A stretch of DNA of 64,000 bases from an uncultured virus (IMG/VR IMGVR_UViG_2061766007_000494) (IMGVR_UViG_2061766007_000494), one strand, 5' to 3'; positions 21,534 to 31,796 are shown, numbered from the stretch's first letter. The notes: generated from the letters alone by a model not told the origin. A program made the numbers and translations.

Positions 21534-21812
21534 TCAGCCATTCCTCTCCTCCCTATCCAGCTCCATGACCGTCATGATGCTGTAATTGGCAAGGTCTATG
21601 AGAGTATCGCGGATAGACTCATCCTTCACCTGTCCCTCGGTGCGGATAAGGGTCTCAAAGCGGTTGAGCTTGTCTTCGAGCCTAATAGCCGCCATGGGAA
21701 GTCCCCATTTGAGATAGGTATTGTGATAGGAGTCCCCGTAGTCGTGGTTCTTGCGCTCGTACAGAGCGTTCAGCTCGTCACAGACTGATTTGTGCATCTT
21801 CACATTGTCCAT
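21534..21812 (-). CDS. DUF1599 / nucleotide modification-associated domain protein
   Basis: YERKNHDYGDS...IRLEDKLNR...ESIRDTLIDLANY. Confidence 0.85.
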   Translation of the reverse strand: MDNVKMHKSVCDELNALYERKNHDYGDSYHNTYLKWGLPMAAIRLEDKLNRFETLIRTEGQVKDESIRDTLIDLANYSIMTVMELDREERNG

Positions 21813-21873
21813 GTTCTTCCTCCATATTTTTCGCCGCCTCCGCCTCAGAAATCCTTCCGGCAGCAACGGCGTA

Positions 21874-21942
21874 CCACCGCTGCCTCCGAAGAGGTCTTAC
21901 ATAGTGTCCACGAGCGTTTCGTTCGGGCTTGCCCAGCCCTAC
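21874..21942 (-). ncRNA. Truncated omegaRNA-like scaffold just 3' of tRNA-Met
   Basis: GTAGGGCTGGGCAAGCCCGAACGAAACGCTCGTGGA..GTAAGACC aligns with 32098..32210 but lacks the right-end hairpin. Confidence 0.55.
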
Positions 21943-21958
21943 GTTGCGGATAAACCGC

Positions 21959-22034
21959 TGGTTGCGGGGGGAGGATTTGAACCTCCGTTCCCCAGCTTAT
22001 GAGGCTGGTGAGATAACCACTTCTCTACCCCGCA
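21959..22034 (-). tRNA. tRNA-Met(CAT), possibly initiator-like
   Basis: Acceptor TGCGGGG/CCCCGCA, CCAGC-CTCATAA-GCTGG, CCA encoded. Confidence 0.88.
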
Positions 22035-22150
22035 ATATAAATGGGAGGTTAGACGCAGCCTTTCACTGCGCTGCCCCGAAGGGTGTGCCATCCCCTCCCG
22101 GCACATCTAGAAAGGAGCGTTCCGGCAAAAGCACGAGAAAAACCGGAACG

Positions 22151-22186
22151 TGGTGGAGAGTAATCGGTCATGCCCGACTGCCCCCC
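22151..22186 (-). ncRNA. Candidate tRNA-Ala-type minihelix with CCA
   Basis: GGGGGG-C-AGTCGG-GCATGA-CCGATT-A-CTCTCC-A-CCA; G3:U70 and A73. Confidence 0.45.
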
Positions 22187-22193
22187 ATTCTAT

Positions 22194-23213
22194 TTACACG
22201 GTCATGAAGTTACCTTCATCGAAAAGGCTCGTTCCGCCGTCTTCTTGCTGTTTCTTCTTTCCGCTGACCTTGATACCGTATTCAAGTTCAACCCTTGTGT
22301 CTTCGATTCTCTTTTCCGCCATTGCAACGTACTCAGGGTTCAGCTCCGTTCCGACGTAGTTCCTACCCAATTTCACGCACACAACTCCTGTTGTGCCTGC
22401 TCCGTTGAATGGGTCTAGCACCGTATCGCCTTCCCGGCTTCCTGCAAGGATACAGGGCTTTATCAGTTCCTCCGGGAATGTGGCAAAGTGCGCTCCGCTG
22501 TAAGGTATTGTAGCGATACTCCAAACGTCACGCTTGTTTCGCATCTCGTATTGGTTAGTGGTAAGACCAGCCATCCGCGTTCTACCGGGTGTGTTATTCA
22601 GCTTTGTCGTATCTCGGTCGCGGATTGTATTGTCATAGGTCACGGTTGGCTCCTGAACCGCCTTGTAGTCGTAGTAGTATTTCGGCTTCTTGCTGAGAAG
22701 AAAGATATACTCATGGCTACGGGTACATCTATCCGTAACGCTTTCTGGCAGACAGTTCCGCTTGCTCCAAATTATGTCCTGACGCAGATACCACCCGTCT
22801 TCCCTTAAAGCAAATGCCAACATCCACGGAATTCCGATAAGGTCTTTCTGTTTTATCCCATTCCAAGGCTTTTTATCCGGTCTTTTTCCTGCTTCACGCT
22901 GGTTGGACTTCCCTCCTTTGAGCGTACTCTTGTTGTTTCCTTCGCTTCCGGTTTTGCTCCCGCAATAGCTGTCCCCAATATTCAGCCAAAGAGTACCATC
23001 ATCTTTCAGCACCCTTTTGACTTCTCTGAACACAGCCACAAGGCTCTCGATGTACTCTCGTGGGGTCTTCTCCAGACCAATTTCGCTTTCACCGCCTCCA
23101 TAGTTCCTCAACGCATAATAAGGAGGACTCGTCACGCACATCTGCACGGACTTGTCAGGCAGTTCCTTCAGTTTTTCCCGTGCGTCTCCGCATAGTATTG
23201 TTGTCTGAACCAT
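22194..23213 (-). CDS. N4-C/N6-A DNA methyltransferase (beta class)
   Basis: TSPPY ... HFATFPEEL ... LDPFNGAGTT. Confidence 0.92.
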   Translation of the reverse strand: MVQTTILCGDAREKLKELPDKSVQMCVTSPPYYALRNYGGGESEIGLEKTPREYIESLVAVFREVKRVLKDDGTLWLNIGDSYCGSKTGSEGNNKSTLKGGKSNQREAGKRPDKKPWNGIKQKDLIGIPWMLAFALREDGWYLRQDIIWSKRNCLPESVTDRCTRSHEYIFLLSKKPKYYYDYKAVQEPTVTYDNTIRDRDTTKLNNTPGRTRMAGLTTNQYEMRNKRDVWSIATIPYSGAHFATFPEELIKPCILAGSREGDTVLDPFNGAGTTGVVCVKLGRNYVGTELNPEYVAMAEKRIEDTRVELEYGIKVSGKKKQQEDGGTSLFDEGNFMTV

Positions 23214-23224
23214 CTTTGACTTTC

Positions 23225-23740
23225 TCAGCCTCCGGTCATATTGGACATGGCTTGCTTCGCTTTCTCCGCATACTTCCTCCGCGCTTCCGGAGAACTGCTC
23301 GGATACGAACGCTTCTTAACCCGAATCTCTTCCCTATGGGCTATCGCATAAGCCCTGTTCTTGGCATCCAGCCGCGCTTTATTCCGCTGGTAGTATTGCC
23401 GGTTGTACTCCCGAACTGCCTCCGGGTCACGTCGGTCGCGCTTATAGGCGGCTATCTCTGCCGCGTTTTTCGCTCGGTAAGCGGCCTGGTACTCTCGTAT
23501 CGCATCCGCGTTGGCCCGGTAGTATTCACGGTTCTTGGCGAGAATCTTTTCCTTCTCCCGCTCGTAGTACACCTTATAGCCATCCCGCTTCTTCCGCTGC
23601 CGGTCAGTCATGTGCTCCCGCTCTATCGAACGGTCTATCGCCCTCGCAAGGTCGTATTCTTCCTTGGTGAGCGGGGCATCCTCGCACTCCCTGTCGAACG
23701 CTTCAAGCTCGCGGAGTTCTTCTTTGGTAAGTCCCTTCAA
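23225..23740 (-). CDS. Basic helical-repeat phage protein
   Basis: Repeated REYYRAN/AAYRAKN units. Confidence 0.55.
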   Translation of the reverse strand: MKGLTKEELRELEAFDRECEDAPLTKEEYDLARAIDRSIEREHMTDRQRKKRDGYKVYYEREKEKILAKNREYYRANADAIREYQAAYRAKNAAEIAAYKRDRRDPEAVREYNRQYYQRNKARLDAKNRAYAIAHREEIRVKKRSYPSSSPEARRKYAEKAKQAMSNMTGG

Positions 23741-24501
23741 TCCAACCCCCGGTTCTTCTTCTGCTTCTCGACATCAGAGAGTATCTTCGCCCTCTCGTCC
23801 GCCATCATCGAATCCCACTCGCCTACGTATTCATACGTACAATCCCTGTCGTGCATCGCCCGAACATATCCTCTCAGGGTGTGGAAATCCCTTTGGTAGC
23901 AGTGGAAGGAATTCGCCGTATAGAGCATCCCACCTACTCCGCATCCAACAGCCTCAGCCATCTCCTTCTGAATCATCGCCAGTCCAAACATATTCATGAA
24001 CGTCGCCTTCACCGCGTCGTTTGAGCGGAATAGTACGAACATATCCAACGCATCGTTGCGAACGACGAACTGTAGGTGTTGCAGACAGGGCGCATCAGGC
24101 AGGTCATAGTCACTTGGCAACCTTATTGTCACAGCCGCCCTACGTGAATCCTTGCTCCGCTTCAGCTCCTCCACCGCCTTCGGCATCTGACCCGCTATCC
24201 TTTGGTGGTAGGTGTAGGGTTCCAGCCCAGCCTCCACGCTCCAGTCCAGCAGTCCATCTACCATCTCCATCCTGTACTTCTCCAAGCTATAGGGGTCGCA
24301 GATGGACAGTGACGATATCATCGGCTCGCTCAACGGTTCTGATACCTGTATCGTCGCGCTGGCTTCCACGCACGTAGTGTTCCAATCCGGGCAATCCACC
24401 ATGTCGCCGTCCCGCAGAAGGGCTTCTAGCGCCTTGTGGTAGCTTTCAGGGATAGTCCTGCCGGAAACCGAAATGTGGGGAATCAATTGAGAGCCTCCCA
24501 A
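23737..24501 (-). CDS. Thymidylate synthase-family protein
   Basis: YTYHQRI, SRRA, PCLQHLQF and FRSND...N; Asn at the dUMP-specificity position. Confidence 0.8.
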   Translation of the reverse strand: MGGSQLIPHISVSGRTIPESYHKALEALLRDGDMVDCPDWNTTCVEASATIQVSEPLSEPMISSLSICDPYSLEKYRMEMVDGLLDWSVEAGLEPYTYHQRIAGQMPKAVEELKRSKDSRRAAVTIRLPSDYDLPDAPCLQHLQFVVRNDALDMFVLFRSNDAVKATFMNMFGLAMIQKEMAEAVGCGVGGMLYTANSFHCYQRDFHTLRGYVRAMHDRDCTYEYVGEWDSMMADERAKILSDVEKQKKNRGLD

Positions 24502-25495
24502 CGGTTCTCAATGGCTTCCTTGAAGTCACCGTAAATCCAGTTGCCACAGCTCTTGCAGCGGACACCATAGGTAATCTTCCCACTGATGGTTTTAGTCCCG
24601 CTCTCGCCCTCAATCTGGACGAACTCACGAATCTTAATGGGTTCAGCTTCACCGCCGCATTTCTTACAGGGCTTCACGCTTTCTTCCTCCATTTCTTCGC
24701 ATAGGCTTGATACTTCTCGTTCTCGGAATCCCGCTTCGCCCACAGCCGTTCAGGAAGCTCCCCTTCGCACTGAAGGTATGCCATCGGGATTCCGTAGCAC
24801 AGGATTTTGCCGTTGTAGACCTTGTTGCACTGCTCGGCTTCTTCCGAGGTGAATGAGTACAGATACGGGAAGGCTTTGTCCGAGGAGAAGAAGATGTAGT
24901 TCTTTCCGGGTCGTACCTTCCGAATGTCTACCAGCACTTGACTCGTCTGATATTTAGGTTGCCATACGCAAATTTCCATTAGTTTCTCTCACCGTTGCCT
25001 TTCGGTAATGTCTGAGGTCAGAAAAACGCCGCCCTTGCGGCTTCACTACCGATAGTATAACGCGCCTCGTTACCATCTGTCAAGGGGTTTCGTAAAATTA
25101 TTTTTTCTATCGTCAAGTAAATGCTTTATGTTATTGTATGTATTCTGAAATGCCATAAATTACCAATTCGCGGAACCTTGTGATTGGGGGTAGGCGCTTC
25201 GCGCCTGTATTGTCTGTAAGGGTGAGTGTACCGCTTCCCATCCCCCGCGGGTTTTACGCTCCCCCTCCTTCCTTGCATCCTTCTACCTCTGCTGTTGCTG
25301 TTACTCTTCTGTTTCTGTTACTTTTCAGTTACGGTTACAGCTACAGTTACAGTTACTTATACTGATACAGATACTTATACTGTTACCAACCTTGTAGTTC
25401 CAGCATAGTAACCTTTTAGCTCCAACATAGCAACAATACTGTTGCTGTCTAGTTACAAGTCAATGACTGTATAGAAGGGATAGCACTACAGTACT

Positions 25496-25849
25496 TCAGC
25501 TTTCGGATTTGGCATCTGATTCTTCATTGATTCTTTGTGTCAGGACTATCCATTGGTCTTCTTTCATTGGTGTTCCACCATTGTTTGTAGTTGTTCTTGC
25601 GTAAGTCATGTAGTCTGCGTGAAGTTTACGCTTTTCATAGATAGCCGCATCACGGTCAATCTTTGGCTTGATAATGCGAAGCGCAATCAACACCTGTGGG
25701 TCACAGTCATCATCAACCCACTCTCCATACTGGGAATAGTTCAGCACTGCCTTCATCAGTTTGCCATACATCTCGTCAGTAAGGTAGTCTGCAAACGGTC
25801 TGACATCATCATGATATGTCATGAACCCTGGTTTTTCTCGTTGAGCCAT
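25496..25849 (-). CDS. DUF6291-like replication-protein N-terminal domain
   Basis: GFMTYHD...LTDEMYGKLMKAVLNY...IKPKIDRD..YEK. Confidence 0.65.
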   Translation of the reverse strand: MAQREKPGFMTYHDDVRPFADYLTDEMYGKLMKAVLNYSQYGEWVDDDCDPQVLIALRIIKPKIDRDAAIYEKRKLHADYMTYARTTTNNGGTPMKEDQWIVLTQRINEESDAKSES

Positions 25850-26473
25850 ATTATCCTCCTAATAAAAAAGTCCGGCCTCCGCGTTGTAGCAGAAGCCGGA
25901 CTTGGGTTTGTATTTATGCCGCCCGATGTTCGGAGCAAAGGACGGCATGGGCTAGGTTTCCCTTCGCCCACCTAAACCTCCGGGCATGGAGGATTAAGCC
26001 AAACGAAATCGCAACGCTCCGAACGCTGCTACTATCCACCGGCGCTTGCCCTCACCAGCTTGGTTGTTACCGATAGTATAACAGCGTCGTTACCGAATGT
26101 CAATAGGAGAATCGCGGTTTTATGCGAGCATCCATAGGTTCCATGATGCCCTAGATGCCCAATAGCTTGCGGGTACATCGGCGGTGGATTCTTTCCAGTT
26201 ATGGTATTCGCCCTTGACTATATCTTGACCTTCCTTGGTCTTCATGTAGCGAAGGACAGCCTCCGCATTTGGGAAAGCATCCTTGTAGGATTTGCGGATT
26301 TCCTCTTCGACAATCTTGATGTAGTCCTCATAAGGGATAATCTTAGCCATCGTTTCCACCTCCAATCACCGCATCTCGCTTGCTCATTGTCGATGCTTAT
26401 ATTATAGCCGACAACTGAGCGCTATTCAAGCAAACGGAGGATGTTCCGGCCCCCATAAGGAGGCCGGATGACT

Positions 26474-28261
26474 TCACGCTCCCAGCATCAGTCTGTGGTT
26501 GACTGGCTCCGAGAGGTAGAACTGGCTGTCTGCCATCACCGCCCGGTAGTCCTTCTCGCCCGAACCATCAGTACCGTCACCGTGGAAGGAGTCCACAACT
26601 TCCTTTTCCTTGACATCCAGGTTGGAGTAGTCCGCCTTGCCATAGGAAGGAGGAAGCCAGCCCTTCTTGCGGGAGGCGTAAATGTTCAGCCTGTCCACAA
26701 TGGGCATCGCGTCAGGATGGAACTTAATGTGAACGGTTCCCTTCTTGTAAATGTCCACATCGAAATACTTGAGGTCAATGTTCCGGGTCTTATTGGCATC
26801 CAACGCCCTACGGAGTCTCGCTTCAAGGTTGTAGCCATCACTCACAGGCTTGGCATCAAGGTAATCCAGGGTCTTCTCAATATCGGAGAGGAACTTATAG
26901 GCGGTGTGGAGGTCAAAGGCATCGCTGCTGTACCAGCTCTTGAGGCTCGTAGGCAGAATAACCTTCTTCCCAATCTTGTGTGCCTTGTTGGTCGCCCATC
27001 CCGTGTAGTAATGCCGGTTGTTTGAGCATTCGGGATACCATGAATGTTCCTCGGACAGCTTATCGAACAGGGCAACAATCTCGTCCTCAATGCCCTTCGC
27101 CATCTTCTCGTTCATCTCAGCCGCAACCTGGCGAATGTTGAAGGCGGAGAACTCGTAGTCCGCCATCTTATCCACGGTCTTCCTGTAGGTATCAGCGAGC
27201 TTTGAGGTCAACCTGCCGGTGAACTTCTTGTTGGAGAACAGAGCCGTCCAATACTTCAGGCGAACCGCCCTCATGTACTTGTTAAGCTCAAAGGCATGGT
27301 CGCCAACCCGAAGGCTCACAATCGGAGCTTTCTGGTAGTCATACTCGGCGGTGAGGCTTGACTGAATATACGGGGTCAGAGCCTTGTACTGCCGAACCAA
27401 CTCCAAGGTAGCGGTCACCTCGGTATTGTAGAGCTGAATCGCCTGCTCAATGTAGTCACCGCTTACCAAGGCTTCCAATTCGGGGTCAGGCATCGCCCTC
27501 TCAGCTTCAGCCTTCTTCATGCGCTCCCAAATGTCGCTCTCGTCCTTGACTGTGGGAATATGCACCCGGACAATCGCAACGTCCACCCTCGCCTTGCGCT
27601 CCGCATCCCGAAAAGCATCATCCACGAACTCAATCTGAGCTTCGTACTGCTGTAGCTTCTTGGCAAGTAGCTGTCGGGCTGCTGTATAGGGGTTCCTAAG
27701 TGTTTCTGCGTTCAGGAGGCATACTATAGCACCGCCCCTTTCCTGCAATTCAATGGCTTTCAGGAGGTGCATAGCGCCATTGGAAAACGGAGGGTTCATC
27801 AATATGAGGTCGTACTGCTTCCATCCACGGTAGGTAAAGAAATCGTCGTGGACAATCCTTACGCTGTCATAGGAGTCCGTTTCGCGGTGGTATTCCTCCA
27901 ATTCGGACAGTTCCTTGCGCTCGGCATCGGTCACTTCGCTGTAAGGCTTGCGGCGTAGGTATTCCTGCCGGTTGTAGGAATCCATCAGGGCATCCTTGGA
28001 AAAGTTGTACTTGCATATCTGGCGGAGAAAAGGGTCAATCTCAATGGCATCCACAGAAATATTCCCGCTGTTGTATCTGAGCTTCTTCCACCGGAGGTGA
28101 AGGAAACCTTTAATCAGGTCGCCCTTCCCCGCAGAAGGTTCCAGCACTGAGCCAATCATCCTGTAGTCAATGCCCTCAAGCATCTTCTCAATGAGGGAAT
28201 CAGGGGTGGGGTAGAATTCGTCCTTGCCTTCCGTGACGGTCAGCTCGGTTGTCTTAGCCAT
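26474..28261 (-). CDS. DUF4942-domain N6-adenine methyltransferase
   Basis: EFYPTP, VLEPSAGKG and LILMNPPF; C-terminal KYFDVDIYKKGTVHIKF. Confidence 0.85.
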   Translation of the reverse strand: MAKTTELTVTEGKDEFYPTPDSLIEKMLEGIDYRMIGSVLEPSAGKGDLIKGFLHLRWKKLRYNSGNISVDAIEIDPFLRQICKYNFSKDALMDSYNRQEYLRRKPYSEVTDAERKELSELEEYHRETDSYDSVRIVHDDFFTYRGWKQYDLILMNPPFSNGAMHLLKAIELQERGGAIVCLLNAETLRNPYTAARQLLAKKLQQYEAQIEFVDDAFRDAERKARVDVAIVRVHIPTVKDESDIWERMKKAEAERAMPDPELEALVSGDYIEQAIQLYNTEVTATLELVRQYKALTPYIQSSLTAEYDYQKAPIVSLRVGDHAFELNKYMRAVRLKYWTALFSNKKFTGRLTSKLADTYRKTVDKMADYEFSAFNIRQVAAEMNEKMAKGIEDEIVALFDKLSEEHSWYPECSNNRHYYTGWATNKAHKIGKKVILPTSLKSWYSSDAFDLHTAYKFLSDIEKTLDYLDAKPVSDGYNLEARLRRALDANKTRNIDLKYFDVDIYKKGTVHIKFHPDAMPIVDRLNIYASRKKGWLPPSYGKADYSNLDVKEKEVVDSFHGDGTDGSGEKDYRAVMADSQFYLSEPVNHRLMLGA

Positions 28262-28978
28262 CGTCTTCCCTCCATTCCACAGGGTTGTATCGCGGGTCGA
28301 ACACATACGTTCTGAAAGCATCATCAGAGAGTCTAGCCACGACAACCACCTTGCAATGCCCCTTTGACACGGTGGTACGAACCGCCATTACATCAGGAAT
28401 CGTCCTGACCGCTGTCCTTTTATAGTTGAAAACCTCAACTTTCACGGCTCATTTCATCACAGTTGACAGTGTAGTATTCAGGGTCGAACACATACCTGTG
28501 ACCACCGGAAACTACCACTATCTCGCAGCGGCCATTCAGGAACCGGGTGAAAAGCTGCATCGCAGGCTGAAACACGCGGTATACCTTCCCATCCTTCTTA
28601 GTGACCGTAATTCTCATATTGCCCTCCCGGTAATACCTTTCGGTAATTTCAAAGTGAAAAGATAAGAGGCTTCCGCCCCTCAGCTCTCTTCGTCCGGGTT
28701 GACATCAATGAAGGTGTCACCCTCCCGCCTCATGTTCAGGGGCATCTCCTCGCCCTTCTCGAAGTCAGGGCAGAACCGAATCGCGTAGAGCTTCACGCCA
28801 GCTCCCAGGCTCTTCTCGTAAGCAGCCCAATCGCGGGACTGAATGAACTGGTCGGGAACTTCAAGGAACTCCTGCCCATGACCAGCGGCACCCTTCTTAC
28901 CGTAATAAACAACAGCCTTCATGCTTTCGTCCTCCTTCTCAAATTCTGAGGACATTATAAAGGATTTATTTTAATTTG

Positions 28979-30294
28979 TCAAGTATTTTCTTGAAATTTC
29001 TTTGAAAAACTGAGAAGGTCATCCTTTTCATTGGGAACCTCGCCTTCAAGCACGGCGCTGAGAGCGGCCAAGAGGATAGTGCCAACCTGCTTACCTTCGG
29101 GGACACCGATAGACATTACATCGTTACCGTTGATAGCGAGGTCTTTAAGGGTGAAGCATTGTCTCTCCCGAACGATTTCCCATGCGAGGTCGAGGGTTTC
29201 GTTACGCCTCTTGATACGGGACTCGTTGATAGCGTGAGCCTGCATATCCGCAAGGCGAACGTCCATCAGGCGGAGGAACTGGTCGAAGCCAATTTTGTTG
29301 AGCCACCTCTTAACCACGCGGGGAGTCGGGTCGATGGTCGCGTCATGGTACAGCACAAGTTCAGTGATAGCTTTTTGGCTGTCGTTATCAAAACGGAGCC
29401 GTTTAAGAACCTGGGCCGCAATTTCGCTGCTGGGGACACCGTGACCGTGGAAGTGACCGCCATTCTCGTCTTCGGTATAGCACTGGGGTTTTCCAATGTC
29501 GTGGAGGAGAAGGGCAACCTTAACAATTGCATCGTTGCCTTTATAGTTGGCGACTGCGTGCGCAATGTGGTCGTAGACGGTGTATTGGTGATACTTGTTG
29601 TTCTGGTCGAATCCCACACACGGCTTCAATTCGGGGATGATAGTCGTAATCACATCCGGGAAGTCCAGAAGAACCCGCAGAACATTCTCTCCATTTAAGA
29701 GCTTGAGTAGTTCAGCCTGAATTCTCTCGGCGGAGATGTGCGCAAGAAGCCCCGCGTTATCGTGGATAGCCTTGGTAGTCTTCTCCCCAATTTGGAAGCC
29801 ATAGGTGGAGGCGNNNNNNNNNNGCTGAACCTAGCGTTGGGGTTTCCGACGCAGTTTATGGTTCCTCTGCTCAGGTCATCTATGCCGCTGTAAGGGTCTA
29901 CAATGCCCCTGGATTCGTTGTAGGCGATAGCATTGATAGTGAAGTCCCTGCGAGCCAAATCCTCCCTGATGTCACGCACGAACGTCACGCTGTCGGGTCG
30001 CCGGTTATCGGAGTAGTCACCGTCCACGCGGAAGGTAGTAACCTCGTAGGGCATCCTGCCCATAATGACAGTGACGGTGCCATGCTTCAGTCCGGTGTCG
30101 ATGATTCTCTTATTGGGGAAGCAGGCTTTGACTTCCTCCGGGGTAGCGGCGGTGCAAATGTCCCAATCACTCGGTCTGATACCAAGCAGGCTGTCTCGGA
30201 CACAGCCGCCGACGATATAAGCTTCGTAGCCGCAGAGCGCAAGTTGCTGTATAATCCTTTGCGCTCCGACAGGCATAGCAATCAATTTATCCAC
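28979..30294 (-). CDS. cca: CCA-adding tRNA nucleotidyltransferase with HD domain (one gene; apparent frameshift is the 10-N gap)
   Basis: VGGCVRD, DWD, DLARRDFTINA, ISAERI, LLHDIGKP; sequence after the gap runs in frame into the 28979 ORF. Confidence 0.9.
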
Positions 30295-31009
30295 CCAGTG
30301 CCCTCCTGTTGACGCTCATTACAAAATCCTCGACCTTGTGGTAGTCGGGTGCTTTGGGTAGGCTGGTGTTCTTCTTCGCGTAGTCTAGCCGAGCCTCGAA
30401 GTCGTTGACCATCTGGAAGAACTCGTCCTGATAGGTTCCGTCCGGATTCTGATACTTTCCGTTGCGAATGCTCAGGAGGAAATCCCGGTCGTTCTCCCGG
30501 TAGGTGCAGATTTGTTCCTTTTCCAGAATATCCAGGCACATAAGGTAGAGCCGGATAAGATGCATCGCGTGTTTGTTGAGGTGGTTATCGTCCTTCTTGT
30601 TGCGATGGTTCAGCTTCTCATAGTTGCCGATGATGTTGGTCATGTCGTTGACCATGCTGTGAAGTTCACGAGCGGGATAGTGGCGGAGAGTGATGTCGGC
30701 AAACACTTCCCTGTCCAGGTCATCCCGGCTGCTTTCATCGGTATAGAGCTTGATGCTCCCGAACGGGAATTCAGTATACTTCCGCTCGAAGGAAGCCATA
30801 GAGTTCTCCATAGCCTTCAGCATATGCTCCTCCCGCCTCGCCTGGGGCAGAGCGTCCCTTGCGATAGCGTTCTCAAGGCGGCGGAGCTGTTGATTGGCAT
30901 AGCCCCCGAAGGAAGCAACCGCTCTCTGAGACAGGAACAGGTGTGCGTTGGCGATAAACTCCCTGCCGATGTCGGTGAGGACGATATAGTGTTCAGGCTT
31001 GCAGCCAAG
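30287..31009 (-). CDS. Pol-beta-superfamily nucleotidyltransferase (RlaP-like), 5' end lost in the gap
   Basis: HLFLSQRAVASFGGYANQQLRRL...NKHAMHLIRLYLMCLDIL. Confidence 0.7.
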   Translation of the reverse strand, partial: LGCKPEHYIVLTDIGREFIANAHLFLSQRAVASFGGYANQQLRRLENAIARDALPQARREEHMLKAMENSMASFERKYTEFPFGSIKLYTDESSRDDLDREVFADITLRHYPARELHSMVNDMTNIIGNYEKLNHRNKKDDNHLNKHAMHLIRLYLMCLDILEKEQICTYRENDRDFLLSIRNGKYQNPDGTYQDEFFQMVNDFEARLDYAKKNTSLPKAPDYHKVEDFVMSVNRRALGG

Positions 31010-31019
31010 NNNNNNNNNN

Positions 31020-31042
31020 CCTTACCGCTTGGCTACATCCCC
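31020..31042 (-). tRNA. 5' fragment of a tRNA cut by the gap
   Basis: GGGGATGTAGCCAAGCGGTAAGG. Confidence 0.6.
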
Positions 31043-31084
31043 GTATTTCACAATGTAGAAGTGGAGGAAGGTGATATTGCAGTC

Positions 31085-31345
31085 CATGCGCCCCCCGGAG
31101 TCGAACCGGGAGACAAGCGGACTCGAACCGCTCTCGCACACCTTCGCGGGACCGTCCCGCGTGGACACCCTTCTGATTTGCACAGGCGGCACGTCTGCCG
31201 ATGTGCTTGTCGATCACGGAGCAAAGGAGCTGGTGTCCCCCTGTGATGCGTCCCAGTTGTCTATCGCTCTCCTCGCGCCTGACTCTCACAGGCGGCACGT
31301 CTGCCGGTGCTATGCGGGGAATAGGTTGCTCACCCCGCGATGCGG
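31085..31345 (-). ncRNA. RNA built from repeated D-loop/T-loop modules
   Basis: Two copies of GCAC-..GGCAGAC-GTGC, each followed by a T-loop-like hairpin, then two tandem TTCGA T arms. Confidence 0.55.
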
Positions 31346-31542
31346 TCATTCGCCCCGTTAATCCGCTTTGTACGGTCTTTCCTCTGTACGCAGCCCGACC
31401 GTCAGTTCCCGCGTACCGCTATTCGCGGGTTGCGACCCCGCCCCGTCTCTTTTGCAAAGTCTGTCTGNNNNNNNNNNNNNNNNNNNNNNNNNNNNNNNNN
31501 NNNNNNNNNNNNNNNNNNNNNNNNNNNNNNNNNNNNNNNNNN

Positions 31543-31565
31543 TCTACCAACTGAGCTAATCCAGC
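31543..31565 (-). tRNA. 5' fragment of a tRNA; remainder in the N-run
   Basis: GCTGGATTAGCTCAGTTGGTAGA. Confidence 0.65.
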
Positions 31566-31723
31566 GTGTGCGGTTCCCCCTTAGATTGTCACGTCCCCGG
31601 TTGCGTCATACAGCACCATTACGTTCCGTCTCGGCTCGGCCACGGGGCAGTTTTCAGGTGGGCATTGTCATTCTCTGTGTGGTAATCCGCAGCGCACACA
31701 TCATCCGGTAGCGAACCGGCCAC

Positions 31724-31796
31724 TGGGGCTTCCGGGTGGAGACGAACCACCGTCTGCTGAGTACGAATAGCCGTTCTACCGTTGAACTACGGAAGC
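31724..31796 (-). tRNA. Second tRNA-Thr(CGT) with a 1-nt deletion in the anticodon stem
   Basis: Paralog of 5043..5116; stem GCTA/TCAGC. Confidence 0.7.

Noticed and set aside
16846..23899. Long + strand ORFs (e.g. 16846, 20176, 20594, 23060)
   Set aside because: Antisense shadows of well-supported minus-strand genes, with no recognisable motifs.
29654..29823. Split or frameshifted CCA enzyme
   Set aside because: The frame change coincides with a 10-N gap, and the downstream sequence is open and in frame with the HD part.
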